Made by a program: the position numbers and the translations under genes
Notes under the pieces: model-generated
Seen by the model: the letters and a program-made list of their open reading frames with translations, nothing else
What the model was told of the DNA's origin: nothing
Databases searched by the model: none
NCBI RefSeq assembly: GCF_001194135.2
Contig: NC_068987.1
Location: 15,172,522-15,227,687, forward strand
Direction of reading: 5' to 3'
Origin: Octopus bimaculoides
Lineage: Eukaryota
Length of the DNA stretch: 55,166 bases
Shown here: piece by piece, positions 30,800 to 43,700 of the stretch
Numbering within the stretch: the stretch's first letter is position 1
Layout of the letters: each line of letters begins with the position of its first letter

Positions 30800-32909
30800 T
30801 AAATATAAAACAGTGATGATATAAATACACACTTTGATGTAAAATCTGTGGTTCCACATAATTACTGGTATTCTCAGTTGAGCCTGTCACTAAGTATTAA
30901 TCATGGAGATTCAGTGACTGGTACTTGCATTCTACAAGCATTTATCATTATAGTCCATTGTTGTACAGATGTCTCTTTACGGTGACCTCATTTGTCATTC
31001 TGTCAACTGAAAGTCTTATGGTGATCGAAGAGTGGTAACATGTGCAGACAAGTTGGAAGTACACAATAATTTACTACTTTTGTCTGACAACTATGCATCA
31101 AAACAAGCAGATTACAACAGGACTGCATAATCACCTGAGAGGTCATGGATGGGAAATCAGAAATACCATTGACAATGGGGAAGCAGTTGGAAGCAGCAAT
31201 CATCTGTGAAGATGGAGCAATTACCATGTATATGTTTGTATGTGTGTGTGTGTATGTATCTGTATATATGTATGTTTACTTTCTACAACAAGGTAAACTT
31301 CAGGAGTGTTCTGTTGTTTCCCTTTTCTCTGCTGCTGTCCCAAAAGCAGCTACAATTCCCAAGGGAATTGTAAACTGCTTTGGGACTGGTGTTTTTTAAT
31401 TGAATTAATTGGTGTCTCTACAGTGGCAACATCTATGATTATTTATCATAGAAGAGAATCCATTACATTTTTTAAGGAGTCAAAATACCTTTGTATATTG
31501 AAAGAGAGCCTCTTCTTGGCTGATTGCTGGGAGGTGGGGTCCACCCTGTATTGAGTGCTAAATACTCTTCATAGCAGAGGTACCCCAATAGCAGATGCCC
31601 AGTGCAATTACCCCTCTTCCTCTGTATAAATCTGGCCCTGGAGGAATATGTTGAATAAAATCATAATTAACTGAGCCTCCAATATTTTCTTTCATATAAC
31701 TATATATAACTATATATAAAAAGCCTGGAACTTTTTAACACCCCTCGTATAACAGAATAGTGCTTGATATAATTGACTCAGAGAGCAAATGTGTATAGAG
31801 TGCTGTAGTAACAAGTGTTGCGTTCCCACAGTAATAATGTTTGAGAGCAGTAATTGAGTTCAGTAAGTGGAGATCCACAATAGGATTACTTCAGTTTTGA
31901 AGAGAGACCGGAAGGAACAAACTTAGTTAACAAATCAGCAATTCTATTTATAATTTCCATAACTTTTAAATTGCTTTGTACTTTTATATATGCCAAAGAA
32001 CTATTGATAATTGCATCATGTGGACTCTACTTGAGCTTTGTAAAAGATTGATAGATCACTAGAACTAAAATATTTTGCTATGTTATTTTGGCTGCTGAAA
32101 AGTTCCTGTCTTTGGGCAAAAGAAAATACAGAAGAATCAGTTAATTATGATTTTATTGAACATATTCCCCTCTTAGATTCACACACTTATTGCAACCAGC
32201 CTTTAGTTTTTCTAAGCCCTATAAAATAAATTGGAAGGTTGGGCCTTCAACAAAGCCTTTCACAATACCCTAAAGCGAGGAACTTTTCAGCCCTATCTCA
32301 TATGTGAAAATGTGTCTTAGATGAAGCTATATCAGTTCATCCACATGTATATATATCCTCTTACATATATATACCTAAATACGTATGTACATTCATACAT
32401 ACATACATACATTCATACATAAACACATAGAAACATGCACATTAATCAAAGTGTGCAGTATTATATATCCATTGTAGCCAATCTTATCAATCAGTTTTGG
32501 AACTGCCAGATCACATGATTTCAATGTACCCTCTCTCCTCAGTGGCAGGCATTCAGTAGCTGCACAGCAGATGAATTTCACTGCGAATAATATATAGGAT
32601 TTCAGTGGCTTTTCAAGTTTGATGTCTCAAAAAGCCAGTAGGCGTTTTAAGATATAATTATTAACAACAGAAGCAGTTCTGGAATGATTCTCATCTGTCA
32701 GTTATAACTATGTGTACTTTTACAAACCATGCATCTATATGAGAAGTGTGTGTGTGTGTGTGCATATAGCACTAAAGTTGTTTGTATGTGGAGAAAAGTG
32801 TGTTTCTTTAGTGTTACACTTTGTAAATAAGAACAATGCATCATAAGGGAGAGGTATCAACCATCCTAAAAAAACAGTAATAATTCAAACTAGAAATAAC
32901 AAACACTGT

Positions 32910-32915
32910 TTTATT
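32910..32915 (-). terminator. Candidate polyadenylation signal of FAAH-B
   Basis: AATAAA on the minus strand ~135 nt downstream of the stop codon; positional evidence only. Confidence 0.35.
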
Positions 32916-33050
32916 CTTTATCAAAATACTGTGGTCCTACAATAGTGAAAAATATTTCCTAACACCAGTTCAATTTTCCTCTGAAGTGGAGCCCATGTGA
33001 TATCAGTCATCATGTATATCTAAGGTCTGATGAACTACCATGGCTATATG

Positions 33051-33173
33051 CTAGTTGCTTTTCTTTTTCAGTTCACTATCCAGTTCTTTCATGATGCGTA
33101 ATGCAAGTTCATCTTTATATGTTGGAGCAACAACCTGGATATTGACTGGAAGTCCAACACTGCCTGGAATTGA
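33051..33173 (-). CDS. FAAH: FAAH-B exon 17 (last, stop TAG)
   Basis: SIPGSVGLPVNIQVVAPTYKDELALRIMKELDSELKKKSN*. Confidence 0.93.
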   Translation of the reverse strand, partial: SIPGSVGLPVNIQVVAPTYKDELALRIMKELDSELKKKSN

Positions 33174-34873
33174 CTGCAAAGAAACAAGACATATATATTT
33201 AGAATTGTCAGATTAGATGTCATGGAAGAATCAATGTCAGTAAAGTTTAAGATGACTCAGATTACCGGCTACAAAGTTATGAATTTAAACTTCACTACAT
33301 TCTTGAGCAAGAAATATTATTTTACGGTGGCGGTGGTGGGTGGTGGTGGTGTTCAGTTAACTATTTCAACATCAGCCAGCTTATTACCAAACATATTATA
33401 GTTTGAAATATGCTCTTCATAACACCAACCACTTTACAAAGTATACTGGGTGCTTTTTTTCTGTAGCCCCAACACAAGTAATAATTGCCTCATAACTTGC
33501 AAGACCTTAAAGTAGCCCCTATAAATGAGGGGAACAAAGGTGAGGGTGGATGATGGTCCAAGGTAGAGGGATAGGGGATGGTAAGTAGGAGAAGAGAGTA
33601 GCAGACACAAACTATGTATATGTAACGACAAAATATTAATAAGGTAAAAATAATCCTACCTTTTTCATAAAGTATTCAGCCATTGTTTTAGCATTATAAG
33701 TCATCTTTACATCTTCTTCAGTTACCTTGGTAACAGGCATAGACACACCAGGGTAGTTCAGTAGATTATAGAGTAAAGTATAGGTTGGAAACCCTGCAAC
33801 GAAAATTATCAGGAGAAAGTGAAATTACTGTTGTTGTTGTTGTTTAATTCCCAAAGCTAGCCTTTACCAAGCAAACCTATGGTCTAAGGACATTCCAGTA
33901 ATGATCATCCCCCACTTTTTTTTTTTTATTCAGCATGGATGTATGGATTGAGAAGTTCACTTCCCAACCACGAGGGTCAATGTAATCGATTTTCTACCAA
34001 TGCTACCCCTACCCCTAAAATGTAATTGACTTACCCCCTTGTGCTAAAATCAATATTAACCCACTAGCTGTCTTGGTGTTCTGAGTTCAAATTCTGCCGA
34101 GGTCGACTTTGCCTTTCATCCTCTCGAGGTCAATAAAATAAGTACCAGTTGAGTATTGGAGTCGATGTAATTGACTTTTCCCCTCCCCCAAAATTAGTGG
34201 CCTTGTGCCAAAATTTGAAACTAATGTTAACCCACTTGTTACAATGTTTCTGTTGAAATACACTGTCTCTGTTTCAATTAATTTTGAAATAATGAAAAAT
34301 TTTATAAAACAACTTTGTCTTTATTAAGCTGGTGTTTGGAAAATAAATTAACATAGACTTTTTTTTTTTTTGTTACATACCTAATTTTATAAAAGTTTCT
34401 TATTGTTAAATGTCCAATTTAGATAAACGTTATGAACTTACTTCCGAAGCCTGGACAATTTATTAGAAGTGATGGTGAACCAAAGACAGGGCAGATGATA
34501 GCATCCAAGTTATGTTTTTGCATAGCATCAGCAAACTCTTTGTCATAATCCTGAAACAAAAGAACAGCCAATAATAAATAAAGATTTTAACAATCTTAAC
34601 AATAAAACTCTTTATTTCATGCATATATGCACACACACACACACACACACACACACCTACACACATACACTTGGAGTTCATAAAGTATGTAAATTAATTT
34701 AATATATAGGTGCAGAAGTAGATGTGTGGTAAGAAGCTTGCTTCCCAACCACATGGTTTTGGGTTCAGTCCCACTGTGTGGCACTTTGGGTAAGTGTCTT
34801 CTGCTATAGCCTCAGGCCAACCAAAGCCTTGTGAGTGAATTTAGCAGATGGAAACTGAGAGAAGGCTGTTGTG

Positions 34874-34935
<62 letters not shown>

Positions 34936-37900
34936 TATGCATATGATGATATGTGTGTGTGTGTGTGTGTTTGCAAGTGTCTTTGTGTCTGTATTTGTAT
35001 CCTTCCCCCATAACTGCTTCACAACCAGTGTTTGTGTGTTTACATCCCCATAACTTAGTGGTCTAGCAAAAGAGAACACTAGAATAAGTGCTATGCTTAA
35101 GAGACAAGTTCTTGAGCTGATTTGTTCAACTAAAACCCTTCAAGGCAGTGCTGCAGCATGACCACAGTCAAATGACTAAAACAAGTAAAAGAAATGGACA
35201 AAGGAATGAAAACTTTTTTATTGTTTTTTTCTTTATGTATTATTAACTGGAACTAATTCAACAACATGTCCACCAAAAGAAGAATGGAATTTTAAACTGA
35301 CTCACCCGTTTTTTATCCACCAAATTATAAATGTCATCATATTTTCTGGAATTAAAATAAAGTAGAGAAAATATTACATTTGGTGACAAGATTATTCAAA
35401 GCTTGTGCTGGAGCGATTTTGCTTGAACATGGAAAGTTTACTAGCTTTGGTAATTCAGTTACTGAAACAGCAACAACAGTAGTTGTTGGAATTTAGGAAA
35501 CAACAGTAACTGTTAGTACAACTGATACAGAAGAAAACAGAAAATACATCTAGTTTGTTCACCTCTGACACTGTTGCAAACTCGATTGGAGAGTTTGCAT
35601 ATAACTCAGAGCATCGTTATACTGTGGCCGGTATAATAGAATAGGAGCTTTATTTGCATATTCAAAACATTTCCCGTAAACAAATTTAAAAGATATGCAT
35701 ATATATATACATACACACAACATATATATATATATATATATATATGTTGGCACTCCATCGTTTACGACGTCGAGGGTTCCAGTTGATCCGATCAACGGAA
35801 CAGCCTGCTCGTGGAATTAATGTGCAAATGGCTCCACAGACATGTGTACCCTTAACGTAGTTCTCGGGGATATTCAGCGTGATACAGTGTGACAAGGCTG
35901 ACCCTTTGAATTACAGGCACAACAGAAACAGGAAGTAAGAGTGAGAGAAAGTTGTGGTGAAAGGGTACAGCAAGGTTCGCCACCATCCCCTGCTGGAGCC
36001 TTGTGGAGATTTAGGTGTTTTCGCTCAATAAACATTCACAACGCCCGGTCTGGGAATCGAAAGCGCGATCTTATGACCGCGAGTCTGCTGCCCTAACCAC
36101 TGGCCCATTGCGCCTCCACACATACATACATACGTAAAGAGTGTGAGAGAGGAAAGAAAATATACAATCAAATGCAGAGTAACGAATTTCAAACTCACGT
36201 CATTCCATCCATTACAGAGAGGAATCGAGATGATGTTTTGTCCTGCAAAATAGTGAAATTAATTTAAAGATGGGAAAATAATGAGAAACTATAATATTGG
36301 ACAGACATTTTTAAAAATAAGAATAATTTAGTTGTCTTTCTTTTCAGCTTTTTTTTTAATTAATTTCACTGTATGAAATAACCTGTTGTAAATTTTTTTT
36401 TATTTCGCATATTTGTGAACATCATCATCATCATATCGGCTTTCCATGCTGGCATGGGTTGAACAAAAAGATAAACATTCCTATGTCAGGATTCAAACCC
36501 AAACCCCCTGGGTGAATCATATATAGGCGCAGAAGTGGATGTGCGGTAAGTAGCTTGTTTACCAATCACATGGTTCAGGGTTCAGTCCCATTAAATAGTA
36601 ACGACAGCATTATCTATTATAGAATAATTATTAGTACCACTCATTTCTCGTAGCATGTATATATGAAGAGAGTGTGATTTGAAAAAAGTATGTCTGCTGT
36701 TTCTAGCAAATCAAGTGACAATTTAGAGATTTCCATTCAGAAGGTTATGACTCACCTTAACACTTTTGTTATCTTATTTCTATTGATATATACTGCTTTT
36801 GTTTCAATTAATTTTTTAAATAATGATGATATTAGTTAAATAACATAGTCATTATTAAGCTGGTTTCTGGAACAAATTAGCAAAATTTTGATGGAAGATT
36901 ATAATATTCCTATGGGTACTCCATCTGTTATGATGATAAGAGTTCCAGTTGGTTCGATCAACAGAACAGCCTGCCCTGGAAATTAATGTGCAAGTGGCTG
37001 AGCACTCCACAGACATGTTACCTTTTACGTAGTTCTCAAGGAGATTCAGAGAGACACATAATGTGACAAGATTGCACCTTTGAATTATAGGCACAACTCA
37101 TTCTTACCAGCTGAGAAGACTGGAGCAATGTGAAACAAATTGTGTTGCTCAAAGACACAATGCATTGCCGGCAATCGAACTTATGACCATACAACTGTGA
37201 GCTGAATACTCTAACCAGTGAGCTATGCACCTTCACTTTAAACGGTAAGCTTGTCTCATAAAACCAGGGACATTCTCAGACAGGTTGGTATCAAAAGAGT
37301 TAAATAAGTTTAAGTAAAGTTTGAACTCTTAATCAAGATCAACAATTTGGTTTCAAATTTTGGCAGAAGTCCAGTAATTTCTGGGGAGGGACTAAGTCGA
37401 TTAGATCGACCCCAGTGTTTAACAGGTAATTATTTTATCAACCCTGAAAGGATGAAAGGCAAAGTTGACCTTAGCAGAATTTGAATTCAAAGCATAAAGA
37501 CAGACGAAATGCTGTTAAGCATTTTTCCCAGCACAGAAATAATTCTTCCAGCTCCACAGTTTTATCAAGATCGGCAGTTTGATCCGTAACTTAACAACAT
37601 TTCTGCCCCATGGACATGAATTTTAGAACTTACATTTACAGCAGTGCCCCAGCATGGACATACCTTTCAACCTTTCAGTCAAGTCCGCCTTTCTTCCGGT
37701 AACACACTGTCCATATAATCTTAAATATTTCTTTAACTCAGGCACAGTAAGTACTTCGATAGCTGAATCATCGAGCTGCTTTATATCCATGATAAGACGT
37801 AAAACAATAACAATAGCGTGGATAGTCTGCGGAAGTTTAATTGTCTACATGGAGCGCCGCCTAGCCAAGGGAGATAACCTATTTATAGGAAAGCCCTGAA

Positions 37901-40715
37901 TCCAGTGCCGTCATGTTTTAATGAGAGTCATCTATAGTTATCTCCCCTGTCACATCATTAGCAACTAGGTGGCGCTCGTTACATAGCTATAAAAGACATG
38001 CACAGACAGGTAACATTCTCATTCTCTCACATACTGCCTGCAGCCAGCCACGGTCTCTCCATCTCTGTTCCTGCTACAAGACAACTTCTCGTTGATTGAA
38101 TTTTCTTAAAGCCTCTTTCACCAGTCATGGAATGCGTAAAGACGTAAACATTCCCTTATTCAAATTCCATTCTGTTCTATATTGAATGTAAATGTTCAAG
38201 CTGTGTAACTGTTCTCATCCCGGATTGGAATAATCCCCTCATACTCTTTTACTTGTTTCAGTCATTTGACTGTGGCCATGCTGGAGCACCGCCTTTAGTC
38301 GAGCAAATCGACCCCAGGACTTATTCGGTAATCTTCCAGTTTAGGCGGGTGGGGGGTAAAAAAGTAAATAAAAATATACAGGGGAAATAACTTAACGTCT
38401 TACTAGTATCATCGTACAACTCTGAAATGTGTTGTTTTTTTTAGCTGTTTATAAATAAATCACAAACGTTTTTTTTTTTTGTTTTTTTTTTAACAAGTCC
38501 GCATGGTACTAAACAACCCTCGCAGGTAAACGTATTCCTAATAAGCCAACGGCGCGCACACCATTCCAACATTTTGTGTCTTGAACTGCTGCATAATTCA
38601 CTAATATTTTTCTAATATGATTAATTGACGAGTGAGTATTTCATTTTCAGGAACAATAAGTTGTTGTGCAGCCGGTCTTCCACGAGGATTTTCGATATCT
38701 CAGCCGGTACTATGATATTCAATGACGTGTGTGATTTATATATAAATAGTTAACTTCAATCAAATCATGTGTGTGATTTATTTATAAACAGCTAAAAAAA
38801 AAAAAACACACATTTCAGAGTTGTACGGATAATACTAGTAAGACGTTAAGTTATTTCGCTTGTATATTTTTCTTTACTTTTTTTACCTCCTTAAACTGGA
38901 AGATTACCGATTTATTCTTATGGGGGCGTAAACACACCAGCATCGGTCGTCAAGCGATGTTGGGGGGACAAACACAGACACACAAACTTATACACATGCA
39001 TACATTTATATATACATATATACGACGGGGTTCTTTGAGTTTCCATCAACCAAATCCACTCACAAGGCTTTGGTCGGCCCGAAGCAATAGTAGAAGACAC
39101 TTGCTTAAGGTGCCATGCAGTGGAACTGTACCCAGAACCATGTGGTTCGTAAGCAGACTACTTACCACGCAGCCACTCCTGTACATGAAGTCTTCACAAA
39201 TCTCACACGAGTTGTTGTTCCTCACTGGATTGATTCTAACAGCGATTGAAGGATGACCAAACATTATATTAAATTAGTGGGCTAAAAACCCACTAAACAA
39301 ATTAAAAGAATGTAGCAGAAAAATATTTAGTATTTAGAAAATATTACTTACAAAAGGGTAAATGAATGCAGCAATAATTCTGTTAAATCCTTCTAACATC
39401 CTTTCCAAGAACATTTCCTTACTTGGTTTTTCATGTTTTCTGAAAAAACAAGAGGGAGAAAAAAATATAAAGGTACAGGCATGGGTGTGTGGTTAAGGAG
39501 CTTGCTTTGTAACCATGTGGTTTCAGGTTCAGTCGCTAGGTATGGCACCTTGGACACACATCTTCTATTATGGCATGAGGTTGACCAATGCCTTGTGTGT
39601 GAACTTGAGAGATGGAAAGTATGGAAATTCATCATGTGTGTGTGTGTGTATGTGTGTAATTTTGGCCATCCAGTCTTAACTTAAGATACTTATACAATTA
39701 TTACAAGGTTTCATAAGGCAGCAAGCTGGTAGAACTGTTAGCATGCTGAGCGAAATGCCTGACAGCTTTTTGTCCATCTTTACATTCTGATTTCAAATCC
39801 TCCCACAGTCAACTTTGGAGTAAGTTTATAAAATGTTTTCCCAAACCCTCTTGGCACCATGGATCCTTTTATAATATTTCCCTATTATCACAGATTCCCA
39901 TCATAAAATAGATTTCTATAATGTGACTTCCATTGATTGGGTGATGAACACCAAGGTTGATGTAGTAGACTTATGTGCTTCCTTAAAATGGCTGGACTTG
40001 TGCTAAAATTTGAAACCAATAATCAGGAAGTTTCATAGAATGTTGATAAATTAAGAGAGGAAAATCTTGAATTTTAGGCTCTTGGTTTCAACAGAGAATA
40101 AAAGCAGACAGAAGTGTTTCCTATAGCCTGACCAAAAGCACCAACATCTTTATTTCTTCTCTCCTCAGACTAAGAGCTTGAAACAGATATTTTGCTCCTT
40201 ATACTAATCAAACTTATTGGAATAATTCTTGTCAACACAAACCCTCACAAGTTTCTTAATACTCTGAACTCCATACAATACTTACATCAATCTGGTCTTT
40301 ATTCGACCATCCAACCACAATATTTTCGCTGCCAAACACAAAGCATCCAAAACTCTGGGTGGAGTAAATTCAATCATCTGAAATTTAAATAAAACAGCAA
40401 CATTTTTTTGGTGGTGTATTCTTCACTACAGCAGCAAATATAATATACACAGTCTCCTGACAGACTTTTTCATGGTTTGTTGACTGTTCCTCAAAGGAGA
40501 CATCTGGTGCCTTTCGTCAATGAGTAATGGTGAATAGCTAGCTACCACATAAAGCAGTCAGTCATAAATTTGGTAAACACCATTTCGGATAATTTAATTT
40601 GCATAATTATGCTTTTTACAGTTGTTATTAATTATATAATGTGTACTTTATGCACAACACAGAGTGAACCAGAACTGAAATGTATTTAAAGTCTGACTAG
40701 GAATAATTGAGAAAT

Positions 40716-40754
<39 letters not shown>

Positions 40755-43700
40755 CACACACATATTAAATGAAGTACACAGTATTATATATTCATTATAG
40801 GTAACCCTAACAATGAGTTTCGCACTAGGGGTTCAACAGAATGTTAGGTAACATTCCAACTATGTAACCCTGCGCTCTTCAGAGATGCCAGCCATGGAAT
40901 AAAATATGACAACTATTGTTGTGGTTGCTGTGAAAAAGATGATGAAACGAATGGAGCAAGGTTTAAGTTAAGAGTTATGTCCCTTCGTACCAAAGGCACC
41001 TACTTTTGGGTGTTGCAAATTGGCAGGATTCTCTGGAAAAGAGTTTATGAGAAATGTATATATCTTTAAGATCGGTGCTCTTGCAGAAATGGAATGTGTG
41101 TAGTGATACTATATATATATATAGTGTTTGCTAAACATACACACATACATACATTAGGCTCATAAGAAACCTTATGAAATAGAACCCCACTTGTAATTAA
41201 TTGCTGATCCAGGGCAGACAACCCGTTCTCACTAATATTTTTTCTCTGATGGCCGTTTGATCAATTGACCATATCACCTTAACAATTATAATAATTAATA
41301 ATAGCAACAATAAAAGCATACTTACTGTATGTCCCTTAGCCTCCAATGCTTTCTTTGCCACAAGAACTGCTCTCTGGCAGGCTGAGGTAGTATTAACTAC
41401 ATTATCAGTTACATAATATCCAATCCGTAGATTTTTCTTGCTTTCAAACAACTGGAAAGTAAAAGAAAAATGAATTCATTCTTATCATGACAGAAGGGAG
41501 CTGCAACAACCATCAACCCAGAAAAAATTTATAAGAATATGGATGAATGTATTGAGAATGGCACAAATGAATGGACTTACTCTAAGCATGTGCCTATAGG
41601 CTGAAAATTACAGAAGAAACAGGAACACTTGCTATGGTGCCCTCAGTGAGCAGGGTGGCTTGGGATCTGTGGGGTTCTTTGGTTGCCCCCAAAGCCCTAC
41701 TGTATCAGCAGAATTGCATCATCATTATCATCATCATCATCATCATCCAGTTAATATTGTATACCATGTATACTTTCTTCCTTTTTAAATCATTGGATTT
41801 ATGATGACGATGTTGATGGTTGTGGTGGTAATGGAATTGGTTGTGATGGTGGTGGTCATTGTCATTATCGTCATCATCATCTTCGTCGTTGTCATCACTA
41901 TGGTGTGGTGGTGATGGCACCAATGACAGTGGTCCTGGTAACGGTGGTGATGAAGATTATGATGTTGCAGTTTAGCAAACGCTACAGTAATAATTCTGAA
42001 AGATGTATGAAGATCAACAAAATGCATTCCTTACATGATCCTGGAATTTTATTGGTGATATTTGGGGATCCATTTCAAAAACTTCCTGAGAGAATAATGC
42101 TTTTGCTGCGATAATTAAGCCATCACTAGTCTGTGTCATTGGACCAGTGGAATTCTCAACTGCAATTAAAAAAAAAAAATAAATGTTTCTTTCTAATTTT
42201 GGCAAAAGGCCAGCAATTGTGTGGGGTAGGGCCAAGTTGATAATATTAACCCCCAGTAATTGACTGGTACTTATTTTATTGACCCCCAAAAGATGAAAAG
42301 CAAAGATAACCTCAGCCAAGTTTGAACTCCGCACATGAGTTAATGAAAAGCTGCTAAGCATTTTGTCCAATGTGCTAACTAACAATTCTATCAGCTCATG
42401 CCCTTGAATTTTGCCTTGTCATCTCAAAAAAAAAAGGAAAAAGGAAGGATATAGGATTAGTGTAGTCCTAGATACATTGTGCCTGAAACAGAGATATATG
42501 TTCTGAGTTCAGATCCTGCTGAAGTCAACTGTGCCTTTCATCTCTTCAGGATCAATGAAATTAAGTACCAGTAAGGTATTAGGGTCAATGTATGAGTGGG
42601 TGCTGAAAAGTTCCAGGCTTTAAGGATATCACAAAAGGCTTAGTTGGAGGCCCAACCTTCTGAGTTCTTAGAAAAGCTGAAGGACGACTGCAATAAGTGT
42701 GTGAATCTGAGAGGGAAATCTGTTGAATAAAATCATTAATGAACTGATCCTGTATTTTTTTTTACCCAAAGCCAGGAACTTTTCAGCATCCCTTTGTAAT
42801 TGGTTTGTCCATTCCCATCGAAATTGCTGACTTTGACTTCTGCAACATGACCAGCATCCTGTTTAATGGGATCTCAGTCAATCATATACCATGGAAACCA
42901 AGTAACTGGTCTTGTGCGTTATATGGCTGAAGAAAAATAATTAAGAAAAAAAGCAGGATTTGAGGGAGATTTATCTACTATTTTTAACAGTTTGAGTGGT
43001 GAATAGCTACTACACAAAAGCTTGGTGTATATATGGTAACAAGAGGGAAAAGTATTATAATTCTTACTGAGAATTTGACCATTCATTATTTCCTTTGAAC
43101 TTCCTGTCCTACAATAAGAATTTAAAAAGAAATATGAGTTAGCTGTTTAATTAATTGATTAGTTAGTTAATTAATTACTTAATTGATTGATTGACTAATA
43201 ATATGATATTTATACATTATAGTTATTGCGTTTAATACAGCAATTAAGGCATAGCTGTGTGGGCAAGAAGTTTGCTTCTGAATCACCTAGCTTCAGGTTC
43301 AGTCTCACAGCACTGCACATTAAGCAGTGCCCCAGTATGGCCACATTTCAATGATCGTAACAAGTACAAGAAAAGAATACATCAACATATCTAATCCTGT
43401 AAATCTCTCTGTACTTGGTGCAAATAATGATTTTTTTTATCAGTTGGTACATATAAACATCAATCAGGAAAAGAATTTGTTCACTGAAAGTATAAACAAA
43501 GCCAAGAGTTCTGGCTACTTCTGATTGATGAAACACTTGTCAAAATACCAGTTTTCCAGGATGTGGTTCACTAGTAAGCTGAGTGTGTTGAACACACAGT
43601 CGTTGTAAAAAGAAAGAAGTTATTCTCCTGTGACATACACAACAGTGACCAGCATATTTTGCTATAGTGGAATGGTTCTGATCACGTGTCAGCCTGATCA

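Noticed and set aside
30900-32640. A third gene between FAAH-B's 3' end and the mariner (e.g. ORF 32393-32581)
   Set aside because: No consistent exon chain or recognisable domain; likely 3' UTR/flank and decayed repeats.
35378-35461. Alternative candidate for exon 13 (TELPKLVNFPC...)
   Set aside because: It would leave a 32-nt intron and has incompatible phases.
42890-42926. Alternative candidate for FAAH-B exon 8 (37 nt, HITHKTSYLVSM)
   Set aside because: Wrong length and phase to join exons 7 and 9; the 41-nt exon at 43068-43108 fits.
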